From: an uncultured Verrucomicrobiales bacterium | Lineage (GTDB): Bacteria > Verrucomicrobiota > Verrucomicrobiia > Verrucomicrobiales > DEV007 | Direction: 5' to 3' | DNA length: 36,734 nt | NCBI GenBank assembly: GCA_938091905.1 | Contig: CALKOM010000153.1 | Coordinates: 1-36,734 of the forward strand | In this document: positions 8,183-16,256 of the stretch, in pieces | How positions within the stretch are numbered: the first letter of the stretch is position 1 | Layout: each line of letters starts with the position of its first letter | Made by a program: the position numbers and the translations under genes | The notes under the pieces: model-generated | What the model was told of the DNA's origin: nothing | Database searches by the model: none | What the model saw: the letters and a program-made list of their open reading frames with translations, nothing else

Positions 8183-8341
8183 GCCGAAGTTGATCACATC
8201 GTCTCCGCGACCAAGGCTCCACAGTTTGAGAACTGGATTGGAAATCTTGAGTTCATGCCTCGCACGTTGAATCGGCGGAAGTCTTATAAGATGGGAGACA
8301 GGCAGAGGAGTCACCTGGCGAAGCTGCTGGATACAGAATAG
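8183..8341 (+). pseudogene. HNH endonuclease 3' fragment (copy 3)
   Basis: AEVDHIVSATKAPQFENWIGNLEFMPRTLNRRKSYKMGDRQRSHLAKLLDTE* begins 4 bp after the TPR stop codon. Its tail differs from copies 1 and 2. Confidence 0.85.
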
Positions 8342-8658
8342 GGCCAATCATGGCTGATCGTTAAGCAGGAATGGAGGAACTGGAGCCAGCCTACTCTGCC
8401 GCCAAGGCGTTCCTTCAAAGATAGTTATTGTTACGCGGGGCCGCATTAGCGATCAAAAACTGAATGCAAATGAGCAGATGAGGACGCCATGAGTGCGCTA
8501 TCCTTGTTAAGTAAACTGTTATGCCAGTGAAATACTGATGCTACTTCGGTGCTATTTCTTGGCTGGAATTTGGGCGAATCGAGAAGAACAGGATAGAATT
8601 GCAGCAAATCTGCTAGGCCCCTTAAACCCATCATATACAGGGTTTTACTCGTCTTACG

Positions 8659-8708
8659 TGGCATGCCCAGAAGGACTCGAACCTTCGACCTACGGATTAG
8701 AACTCCAT
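8659..8708 (-). other. 3' half of a tRNA-Arg(TCT) (att-like remnant)
   Basis: The minus strand reads ATGGA-GT-TCT-AA-TCCGT-AGGTC-GAAGG-TTCGAGT-CCTTC-TGGGCAT-G-CCA: anticodon arm, T arm, acceptor 3' strand and CCA. No pairing 5' acceptor strand. Confidence 0.82.
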
Positions 8709-8862
8709 GGGTTTATCCCGACTAGCATTGGTGTGGCTCTGGATTGCCAACCAGCGGACAGCCTTGGAAGGTGGCTGATCCAATGCACGGTTTGATGCAC
8801 GAGCAGTTCGTCGTCGTTCGAGCAAGAGTCACAAAACTCTCGTTTTCAGCGCCTTAGGAAAA

Positions 8863-8888
8863 TGGAGGCAAAGGCGGGAATTGAACCC
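8863..8888 (-). other. 3' end of a tRNA, Cys-like (att-like remnant)
   Basis: The minus strand reads GGG-TTCAATT-CCCGC-CTTTGCC-T-CCA: T loop, acceptor strand, U discriminator and CCA. The GCC-U-CCA end is characteristic of tRNA-Cys. Confidence 0.65.
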
Positions 8889-9016
8889 ATGATGGATGGG
8901 CTCCCTCGCGATCGCTTTTCCTCTACGAGGGCGAGACACCGAATCTGGAGCCTGTTTTCAACGAGGTGAAATCAAGTGCCATGGGAGGCGAAGGATAGCC
9001 TTGCCCAGGAACCAAA

Positions 9017-9038
9017 AGAGTCGGACCAAAGTCGGACC
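9017..9038 (+). repeat. Putative integrase arm-type sites, right (agagtcggacc aaagtcggacc)
   Basis: 11-bp tandem repeat 63 bp inside the right att core, in the same orientation and with the same CGGACC core as 1596-1617. Confidence 0.7.
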
Positions 9039-9104
9039 ATCCGTTATGAGTGTTGGCTTATCTGATAGCCCAACAGGTAGCGTAACTCCTTTACCCTCTG
9101 GAAG

Positions 9105-9188
9105 TGCTCACGAGAGGACTCGAACCTCCACGGGGTTGCCCCCACTAGAACCTGAATCTAGCGCGTCTACCAATTCCGCCACGTGAGC
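9105..9188 (-). tRNA. tRNA-Leu(CAG), CCA not encoded; integration target
   Basis: GCTCACG-TGGCGGAATTGGTAGACGCG-CTAGA-TTCAGGT-TCTAG-TGGGGGCAACCCCGT-GGAGG-TTCGAGT-CCTCT-CGTGAGC-A: full cloverleaf with a long variable arm. Confidence 0.96.
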
Positions 9189-9353
9189 TTGTGGTCAGCG
9201 TTTCGCCGTCGGGGCGGTAGGTTCCATGGAATTCCAGAGGGCTCAACTCAAATCTTGAATGATGGGGTCGGGCGAGGGTTTGGGTCGTGACGTTGGATGG
9301 TGTCAGTTTCGTAAAATGGAATTATTTCTTCTGAAACAGAAATGACAGATAGA

Positions 9354-9683
9354 TTAGGCTTGCGGCTGAATGAGGCCGCGGCGGCGGTCGGTGACGGAGA
9401 TTCGCTGGGCCTTGAGGGCCGTTTCCAGGTGAGATTTGATGGCCCAGATGTCGCCACGGTCACCACAGGTAAACACGTCGATCGCTGCATAGCCGTGCTC
9501 TGCCCGGGTATGGACAGAGAGAAAGATGGGATTCCGCGATGAAGAGGCTACCACTCACGCCCTGGGGAGCGAATTGGTGAAAGGTCTCATTGACGATGGT
9601 GGCCCCACCTTTGATCGCCGCATGGACGCATGGATGCGTTCGGGATTGTTGAGCAGTAAGCGATCACAATCGTAGCCTTCCAT
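9354..9683 (-). pseudogene. speD: S-adenosylmethionine decarboxylase proenzyme, two frameshifts
   Basis: Three consecutive frames read MEGYDCDRLLLNNPERIHASM / AAIKGGATIVNETFHQFAPQGVSGSLFIAESHLS / LSVHTRAEHGYAAIDVFTCGD...RRG, containing the SpeD ESH cleavage motif and the DVFTCG motif. Confidence 0.88.
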
Positions 9684-9951
9684 GAGTCTCTGGAGTCTGG
9701 CTGCTTGCGTGGCCGCGAAGGTGGGTTCCTCGGCGATGATGTCAATCGAGGCTCAGTTGGTGTTGAGAGCTTATTCTCGACAGAATACTTGCCAATATAG
9801 GGTTTCACCGGGTATTTTCAGAGACTTGGCTTGACGAGTTACCCTCACGTCAGCTGGACTGGCACACGTTTTTCATGTCCTCTGGACTGCGAAATCGTGC
9901 CCTTCCTGAGCCGAATTTGAACCCAAACCCTAACATACACCCTACTACCCC

Positions 9952-12900
9952 ATGAAACTCAATTATCTAAAGGGGCGAACTCGCAGCTGTCTGCAGCTGT
10001 TGGGAGCGCTCTCTCTCATTAGTATTCCCGCGGCATTCGCCCAGGAACAAGAACCGGATTACACTTTCGATTTCAATACTGATCCTGGTGATCAGATCGA
10101 GACCTTTGGCACTACTGAGTGGCGCGGCAGTGGTGGTGTTGATGATTCAGGCTATCTTAGTATCACGGATGCGTTGAATGGTCAGAACGGAGGGGTGATC
10201 TTTGAAGATCCCACTGGCGGCAAGCCCATTGAGGGCATGAAATTCACGATCGATTGCAGAATCGGCGGTGGCACGGATCGCCCAGCAGATGGCTTCAGTC
10301 TTAACATTGTGCGGCCTGATGATCCCCTTCTGCAAGATCCGCGGGGCTCAGGTTACGCAGGTACCACGGACATTGGTGCGGGTGAGAATAACCTCCCTGA
10401 AGAAGGCTCTCAGACCGGCTTGGGCATCGGCTTCGATGCTTGGGTTAGTGGTGGTCAGGACATCGTCGGTATTAGCGTTCGCGTTGACGGCGAGATGATC
10501 GAGCAAGTGGCCGCTGGCACTCTGAACGGCGAAGCAGATGACGTTACTAGTCTTCAGACAGGCCCTCAGTCTGATGACGATGACCCTCTATCTGCCCTTA
10601 CGTGGCAGCCGTTCGAGGCAGAATTGACTCCGAATGGCGACCTAACTGTCAGTTGGAAAGGCAAAGCGATTGTTGAAACCCAGGTCAATTACTTCCCTGG
10701 CCCTGGTCAAATTGTTTTTGGCGGGCGGACGGGTGGAGCCAACCAGGCGCACCATTTCGACAATTTGAGCCTAACTATTCTTGCGGCTTCGAAAGCGGTC
10801 GTGTCTGGATTGAGCTTTACGCGGAGCGATGTGAGATTCCAAATCACCGATGGGGACGATAGTTCCCTTGATGCTGATTCGGTAACTTTGATTATCGATG
10901 GTGAACCAGCGGAGGTGGTCGTGGAGAAGGAGGGCCTAATCACGACAGTGACCCATACTCCGGATCCCCCCTTCCAGGTGGCTTCTATCCATTCTTACGT
11001 GCTCGCAGGGATGGACTCGTTGGGCAATGATATTGGACGTAGCGGCAATTTCGCTTTGCCGGTTCCCGTCTTCCCAATCGATGCGCTGCCAGGAGCGGAG
11101 AGTGAAGAAGGTTTCTTCGGAACGCGATATATCTGGGGAGGCATCGAAAATCCTGACGTTAGCTCAAGTCAGGAAGCTGTTCAGATCATTCAGTCCGTGG
11201 CCAACGGTAATTGGGATGGTGAGTTCTTCGATACCCTATACCCAGTCATCAACTTCAATGGCGCTGGCTCATTCGGAGGTGACCTCGACTATCCTGAGGA
11301 AGTGACAGGATCAGACAGTTGGACGGGCGACCAGTTCATTCAGTATTCCCGGGCTGCTGTGCGCTTTTCCGAGGCTGGTGAGTTCACCTTTGGCGTGCAC
11401 TCTGACGATGGTATGGGTCTCCGGTTCCTTGGAGGGCCCACCTTTATTTCATCTGATGGCCTTGGCGGGATCGATAATGCGGATCCATCGGCGTTGGTCT
11501 TTGTTGGACCTACAGGGGATTCAGACACTCGAGGTGTCTTGTCTGTGCCAAGTCCCGGTACCTACGAAATCGAGTTCTTCTGGTGGGAAGCTGGCGGTGG
11601 TGATCACGGTGAGCTGTATGTGACCAAAGGCGCCGTCGTTGGTGACGATGACCCTGATGCATCATGGAGTTTAGTGGGTCAGTCAGAGACGGTGACCTTC
11701 AATATTCCTGGCGTTGATGCTACTGGCTGGACCATTGAAACGTCTGAGCCTGGTGGCGAAGAGATCACCACCCTTGAGGCTGGTATCGCAGACCTCGACG
11801 CTGGAGTCACGACCGTAGAAGGCGCTGATGTCTTCAATATCAACGATCCTGAAGCTGGTGGTCCAGGTGCCTTTCCGGGGGATACGACGTTCGGTAGCAA
11901 TACTGAGGTAGATGACAATGACTGGGCAGTGCGCGCTACCGCCAAATTGGTCATCCCAGTAACTGGCGAGTATCAATTAGGATTCCGCGGAGACGATGGA
12001 GGCCAACTCAAAGTTGCTGGTCAAGAGTTCAAAGACATCATCGCTGATGCTACTGGAGGAGCCGTCATTGAGGGCGACACGGTCATCACAGATGTTCTTA
12101 CCGGAAATAGCAACACGATCGCGAGCATTGATTTGGAAGCTGGAAGCTACGACATCGAGTTCATTGGATTTGAGCGTGGCGGCGGTGCCTATTTCGAAGT
12201 CTTCGGCATTGGGGCAGGCGGTCCTAGCCCTGTCTTGTTGGCCAAAGATGGTGCAGGTGCAGGTGTGTTAGAGCCGTCCGTGGCTCTGGTTGCACCGCCT
12301 GCGGTTCGCCTCCCTGTGGTGGCGTTCTCACATGATGGTACCAATGTAACCCTCGATTTCGAGGTCCTCGATCCTACCGCTCCACATCTGTTGCAGTCGA
12401 GTGCGGACAATGCTCTCTTCGCTGATGTCGAAACGACTTTAACGCAGGTCGAAGGCAACGTTTTTCGTGCGGTTGGTCCCGCCCTGGATCCTCTGAATGC
12501 CTATTACCGTGTGCGTCAGTTGCCTCCTCCAGCAATCCTCGAAGATGGCTTTGAGGAAGGTGGCGAGGGTTGGAACGTTGAAGGTGGTGTCTGGGTGCTC
12601 GGCAAGCCTGGCGGTTCCCTTGGCTCGGCCCTCTCGGGTGAGAACGTTTATGCAACCGGTCTCGAAGATGGGTATCCTTCGCTTGCGGTCGCCTCACTCA
12701 CGTCCCCCTTGCTTGATCTAAGAGGAGTCGATAATCCAAGACTGCGTTTCTTCTACAACCAGACCATGGGCGAAGGAGAAGGTGTCGAGGTGAACTTCCT
12801 CGATGAAAGTGGCACGGAGCTTTTGGAGACTGATCCTTCTTCTGGGTTGGTGCTTCTTGGCGAGAGCGGCGGCTGGGTTGAGTTCAACCGCCCGATTCCT

Positions 12901-13008
12901 GCAGAGGCCCGTGACCAGCAGATTAAGATTCTGTTCCGGCTCCTTACGGATGACGACATGGACAACGATGGCTTCGGCTTCGCGCTGGACGATGTGCGTG
13001 TGAAGTGA
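9952..13008 (+). CDS. Large secreted acidic multidomain protein (lectin/ConA-like + Ig-like + two PA14-like + C-terminal beta-sandwich)
   Basis: Signal peptide ending AAFA/Q. Lectin-like segment ADGFSLN...FGGRTGGANQAHHFDNL. PA14-like motifs FGVHSDDG...YEIEFFWWEAGGG and LGFRGDDG...YDIEFIGFERGGG. Very rich in D/E/G. Confidence 0.75.
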   Translation: MKLNYLKGRTRSCLQLLGALSLISIPAAFAQEQEPDYTFDFNTDPGDQIETFGTTEWRGSGGVDDSGYLSITDALNGQNGGVIFEDPTGGKPIEGMKFTIDCRIGGGTDRPADGFSLNIVRPDDPLLQDPRGSGYAGTTDIGAGENNLPEEGSQTGLGIGFDAWVSGGQDIVGISVRVDGEMIEQVAAGTLNGEADDVTSLQTGPQSDDDDPLSALTWQPFEAELTPNGDLTVSWKGKAIVETQVNYFPGPGQIVFGGRTGGANQAHHFDNLSLTILAASKAVVSGLSFTRSDVRFQITDGDDSSLDADSVTLIIDGEPAEVVVEKEGLITTVTHTPDPPFQVASIHSYVLAGMDSLGNDIGRSGNFALPVPVFPIDALPGAESEEGFFGTRYIWGGIENPDVSSSQEAVQIIQSVANGNWDGEFFDTLYPVINFNGAGSFGGDLDYPEEVTGSDSWTGDQFIQYSRAAVRFSEAGEFTFGVHSDDGMGLRFLGGPTFISSDGLGGIDNADPSALVFVGPTGDSDTRGVLSVPSPGTYEIEFFWWEAGGGDHGELYVTKGAVVGDDDPDASWSLVGQSETVTFNIPGVDATGWTIETSEPGGEEITTLEAGIADLDAGVTTVEGADVFNINDPEAGGPGAFPGDTTFGSNTEVDDNDWAVRATAKLVIPVTGEYQLGFRGDDGGQLKVAGQEFKDIIADATGGAVIEGDTVITDVLTGNSNTIASIDLEAGSYDIEFIGFERGGGAYFEVFGIGAGGPSPVLLAKDGAGAGVLEPSVALVAPPAVRLPVVAFSHDGTNVTLDFEVLDPTAPHLLQSSADNALFADVETTLTQVEGNVFRAVGPALDPLNAYYRVRQLPPPAILEDGFEEGGEGWNVEGGVWVLGKPGGSLGSALSGENVYATGLEDGYPSLAVASLTSPLLDLRGVDNPRLRFFYNQTMGEGEGVEVNFLDESGTELLETDPSSGLVLLGESGGWVEFNRPIPAEARDQQIKILFRLLTDDDMDNDGFGFALDDVRVK

Positions 13009-13048
13009 TCCGCATAGCAGGCGCTTCAATCTAAGAAGCATTTCATTT

Positions 13049-13081
13049 AAGGGGACAGGGCTTAAGCTCTGTCCCCTTTTT
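13049..13081 (+). terminator. Rho-independent terminator
   Basis: aaggggacagggc-ttaa-gctctgtcccctt hairpin followed by a T run, 40 bp after the stop codon. Confidence 0.8.
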
Positions 13082-13240
13082 GCGTCAGAGTAGAAGGGTC
13101 TTTTCAGGGGTCTGACAGTGGTCTATTTGCTCATTTACGAATTTGCGTACAAATAGGCGTCAAATAGGTTGTCAAGAGGGTGAGGAATGTTACCGAAACG
13201 GCACGCACCCCATAATCATGGAAACCATGCGGGTTTCATC

Positions 13241-15073
13241 ATGACCATTGCCGCAGACGAAGCTCCCCTCAAGGATTCCGTAGACACTTCGGAATCATCC
13301 GCCCTTCCATTGGAAGATCTGCAAGACGCCGTGATCCGGTTCGCCGGGAACTCACAGGACGGTATTCAGACTGTTGGAGGATTCCTTGCCCGGCTTGCCG
13401 GGCGTAGTGCACGCGAGGTCATGACTTACATGACCATCCCGTCGACCATTTCGGGAGGGCCCTCTATCTTCCAGGTACACCTGGGATCTGGCGAAGTCTT
13501 GTCGGCTGGTGATGACACGGATTTCCTCGTCGCGTTCTACCAACACAGCTATGAGGATCATCTTAGCTCGCTGAAAGAAGGCGGTATCTGCATTTATGAC
13601 ACGGATTTCGTAGAGCCGGATCTGACAGATAAGCGCTACGAGTATGTGGGCATTCCTATGACTAGCACAACTATCGAGGCAATCGGTGGTTCGACCAAGT
13701 CACGTGGTAAAAACCTCTTCGTCCTTGGCTTGATCACGACGATTTTCCAATTGGATCGGAAGAAGCTCTGTGAGATCATCGACCGTCAGTTTGGCAAGAA
13801 GGATGAGAGTGTGCTCCGCAATGCCATGCTCGCCTTCGATGCTGGTTATGCCTATCCGATTGGCGATCTCTTCAAGAATCGTTACAATCTCAAGGCAGGT
13901 CTCTCGGAGAAGACGGATCGGGTCACGACGGATGGTAACACCGCGCTGACCTATGGTTTGTTGGCTGGCGGTGTGCGTTATGGTGCAGGTTATCCAATCA
14001 CGCCATGGTCTCCCATCATGGAGGTGCTTCGCTCGGAGCTGCCGAAGTATGGAGGTCTCTTCTTGCAATGTGAGGATGAGCTTGGTGCCGTTTCGGCTGC
14101 ACTGGGATATTCGTTTGCAGGTCACCTTGCGGTGACTGGTAGTTCAGGACCAGGTCTGTCTCTCAAGATGGAAGCGCTGAGTTACGCGTGCATGGCCGAG
14201 CTGCCGCTCGTCGTCATCAATGTGCAGCGTGGTGGACCAAGTACGGGCCTTCCCACTAGCGTGGAGCAGAGTGATCTGATGCAAGCAATCTACGGGAGTC
14301 ATGGGGATGTTCCTCGGGTGGTCCTTGGACCACAGGATGTGGAAGACTGTTTCCACATCGCGTTGGAGGCCTGCCGTATTGCCAAGAAATACAGTACGCA
14401 GGTCATCATTCTTTCTGATCAGGCCCTCTCCTCCCGAATTGAGGTGTTTGAAGAGCCAGACTGGGACGTGGTCGTGGCCGATGACTCCGGTCCCGATCTC
14501 ACTCCTCGCCCAGAAGAATTCAAACCCTACCCATTGGATAGCCTGACCCAACATGCGCCTCCGGGCACCAAGATGCTGGGTGGCAAGTATCCCGTTGTGA
14601 CGGGCCTTGAGCATGATGAGTGGGGCCATCCCTCCGCGAATCCTGAGCTTCACCAGAAGATGACCGATCGTCGGCGCGAGAAGATCAAGCAACTCCAAGC
14701 TGAATTGCCCATGCCCGAAGTTTTTGGTGAAAAGAGCGGCGAGATTCTCTTGGTTGGTTGGGGCTGCACGTTTGGTCCGTTGCGCGAAGCAGCCGGCCGC
14801 CTACAAGATGCGGGCCGCAAAGTGAGTCATGCGCAGATCAGGCATCTTCATCCACTCCCTGCAGATTTGGGTTCGCTCTTCGAGAAATTTGAACACGTGC
14901 TTGTGGCTGAATTAAATGACCAAGGCCTCTATGGAAATGGTCAACTCGCCACGTTACTCCGCTCGGCCTATTGTAATCCGGCCATCAAGAGTATCACGAA
15001 AACTGATGGTTTGACCTTTAAGATCCGCGAAATTGTTGCAGGCGTCGACCACCACACGCAGATTTCTTCCTAA
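13241..15073 (+). CDS. korA: 2-oxoacid:acceptor (ferredoxin) oxidoreductase, alpha subunit
   Basis: N-terminal gamma-like domain IRFAGNSQDGIQ, plus GYPITP, EDE, SSGPGLSLK and VQRGGPSTGLPT motifs. Confidence 0.92.
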   Translation: MTIAADEAPLKDSVDTSESSALPLEDLQDAVIRFAGNSQDGIQTVGGFLARLAGRSAREVMTYMTIPSTISGGPSIFQVHLGSGEVLSAGDDTDFLVAFYQHSYEDHLSSLKEGGICIYDTDFVEPDLTDKRYEYVGIPMTSTTIEAIGGSTKSRGKNLFVLGLITTIFQLDRKKLCEIIDRQFGKKDESVLRNAMLAFDAGYAYPIGDLFKNRYNLKAGLSEKTDRVTTDGNTALTYGLLAGGVRYGAGYPITPWSPIMEVLRSELPKYGGLFLQCEDELGAVSAALGYSFAGHLAVTGSSGPGLSLKMEALSYACMAELPLVVINVQRGGPSTGLPTSVEQSDLMQAIYGSHGDVPRVVLGPQDVEDCFHIALEACRIAKKYSTQVIILSDQALSSRIEVFEEPDWDVVVADDSGPDLTPRPEEFKPYPLDSLTQHAPPGTKMLGGKYPVVTGLEHDEWGHPSANPELHQKMTDRRREKIKQLQAELPMPEVFGEKSGEILLVGWGCTFGPLREAAGRLQDAGRKVSHAQIRHLHPLPADLGSLFEKFEHVLVAELNDQGLYGNGQLATLLRSAYCNPAIKSITKTDGLTFKIREIVAGVDHHTQISS

Positions 15074-15104
15074 TTTTCCGCCAAACTCTAATCCTTACGG
15101 AATT

Positions 15105-16031
15105 ATGTCCGACACTGCCGTCGCCGCCCCCGAGAAACTCACGAAGAAGCAACTCAGTGCTGATCACCCGACGTGGTGTCCTGGCTGTGGTGACTTTGCT
15201 GTCCTAGCCTCGTTCTTTAAAGTCCTGGAGAAACTTCAGATCCCTCAAGAAAAGATCGTCACGATTGCAGGTATCGGCTGTTCTTCACGCTTTCCTTATT
15301 TCGTCAATTCGCACGGCCTGCATTTTATTCATGGTCGCGCGCTGCCTCTTGCAACAGGTGTGAGCCTTTCTCGTCCAGACACCCACGTCTTTGTCTTTGG
15401 TGGAGACGGTGATGGATTTTCTATCGGTGGCAACCACTTGGAGCATTGTGCTCGCAAGAACATCAATCTCACTTACGTCATCATGGACAACTACGTCTAT
15501 GGTCTGACAAAGAAGCAGACGTCGCCTACCTCGCGGATTGGCTACAAGTCCAAGACGGATCCAACAGGCGCGATCGACCGTCCTGTCAATCCGATGCGTA
15601 AGCTCATCTCGGCAGGCGCGACATTCGTGGCCCGCTCTCATGCATCTCAGGTGAAGCACATGATGGCCATGTATGAGCGTGCCATCTTGCATCCTGGCTT
15701 CTCTGTTGTGCAGACACTTTCGGAATGCGTCATCTTTAATCCTGGATCGTTCGATGACAGCATTCCCAGAAAAGGTGGAGTCTTTGAAACCATCGACGAG
15801 AAGAAATGGGACGACACGCCCGAAGACGCAGAGCGTCACGACGTTACCAATGACGTCTCAGCCTATCAGCTTGCGGAAGATCAGTATCCCGGGAAATTCG
15901 GTGTCTTCTACGAAGAAGACCGTCCTACGAAGAATGTCCTCGAGCAGAAGTGGATCGATGCGAGCCAAGAGAAGATTGGCGATGCCAAGGCAGCGGATCT
16001 GCTGCGTAAGCGTTTCGCGATGATGAAGTAG
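15105..16031 (+). CDS. korB: 2-oxoacid:ferredoxin oxidoreductase, beta subunit (TPP-binding)
   Basis: TWCPGCGDF, GIGCSSR, HGRALP and GDGD...MDNYVYGLTKKQTSPT motifs. Confidence 0.93.
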   Translation: MSDTAVAAPEKLTKKQLSADHPTWCPGCGDFAVLASFFKVLEKLQIPQEKIVTIAGIGCSSRFPYFVNSHGLHFIHGRALPLATGVSLSRPDTHVFVFGGDGDGFSIGGNHLEHCARKNINLTYVIMDNYVYGLTKKQTSPTSRIGYKSKTDPTGAIDRPVNPMRKLISAGATFVARSHASQVKHMMAMYERAILHPGFSVVQTLSECVIFNPGSFDDSIPRKGGVFETIDEKKWDDTPEDAERHDVTNDVSAYQLAEDQYPGKFGVFYEEDRPTKNVLEQKWIDASQEKIGDAKAADLLRKRFAMMK

Positions 16032-16256
16032 GGAAGTCGCGTAGATTCTTGGTAGCGTGGTTTTTAGGAAGTGGCGTAGGCGCCGCTTATTCGGGAGCGC
16101 TGCAAGAGGTAGGAACCACTATAGGATGATCTACTAGTTGGGGCTGTGCCTTGCGTTGTGCTTGGACCCTGTTGATCGTTTATTCGTTAAGCATTGGTGG
16201 TGTAGTCGTTACATGCTTGTAATCTATTAACTATTAATTTTATTGAGATTCAGCAT

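Larger units (their letters stand above)
1391..9161. mobile_element. Integrative element (~7.7 kb; tyrosine integrase + Xis-like + HUH Rep) inserted in tRNA-Leu
   Basis: 60-bp direct repeats at 1391-1450 and 9102-9161 (58/60 identical) match the 3' part of the tRNA-Leu. The integrase gene lies next to the displaced copy, and 11-bp tandem repeats sit inside both ends. Confidence 0.93.

Noticed and set aside
8659..8740. Complete tRNA-Arg gene
   Set aside because: No 5' acceptor strand pairing with TGGGCAT and no proper D arm at the expected spacing; kept only as a 3' fragment.
8863..8888. tmRNA (ssrA) 3' end
   Set aside because: tmRNA ends with an Ala-type acceptor (..CTCCACCA). This fragment ends GCCTCCA with a U discriminator, which fits tRNA-Cys better.
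1391..9161. Prophage or inovirus
   Set aside because: No structural, terminase, Zot/pI-like ATPase or small hydrophobic coat genes are recognisable.
8538..9186. Short ORFs 8538-8795 and 8896-9186 as genes
   Set aside because: They run antisense across tRNA sequences (PEGLEPSTYGLE and HERTRTSTG are typical tRNA shadow translations).
9859..9876. Sigma-54 promoter CTGGCACACGTTTTTCAT upstream of the large exoprotein
   Set aside because: The -24 element is good but the -12 position reads TC instead of the conserved GC; not supportable without data.
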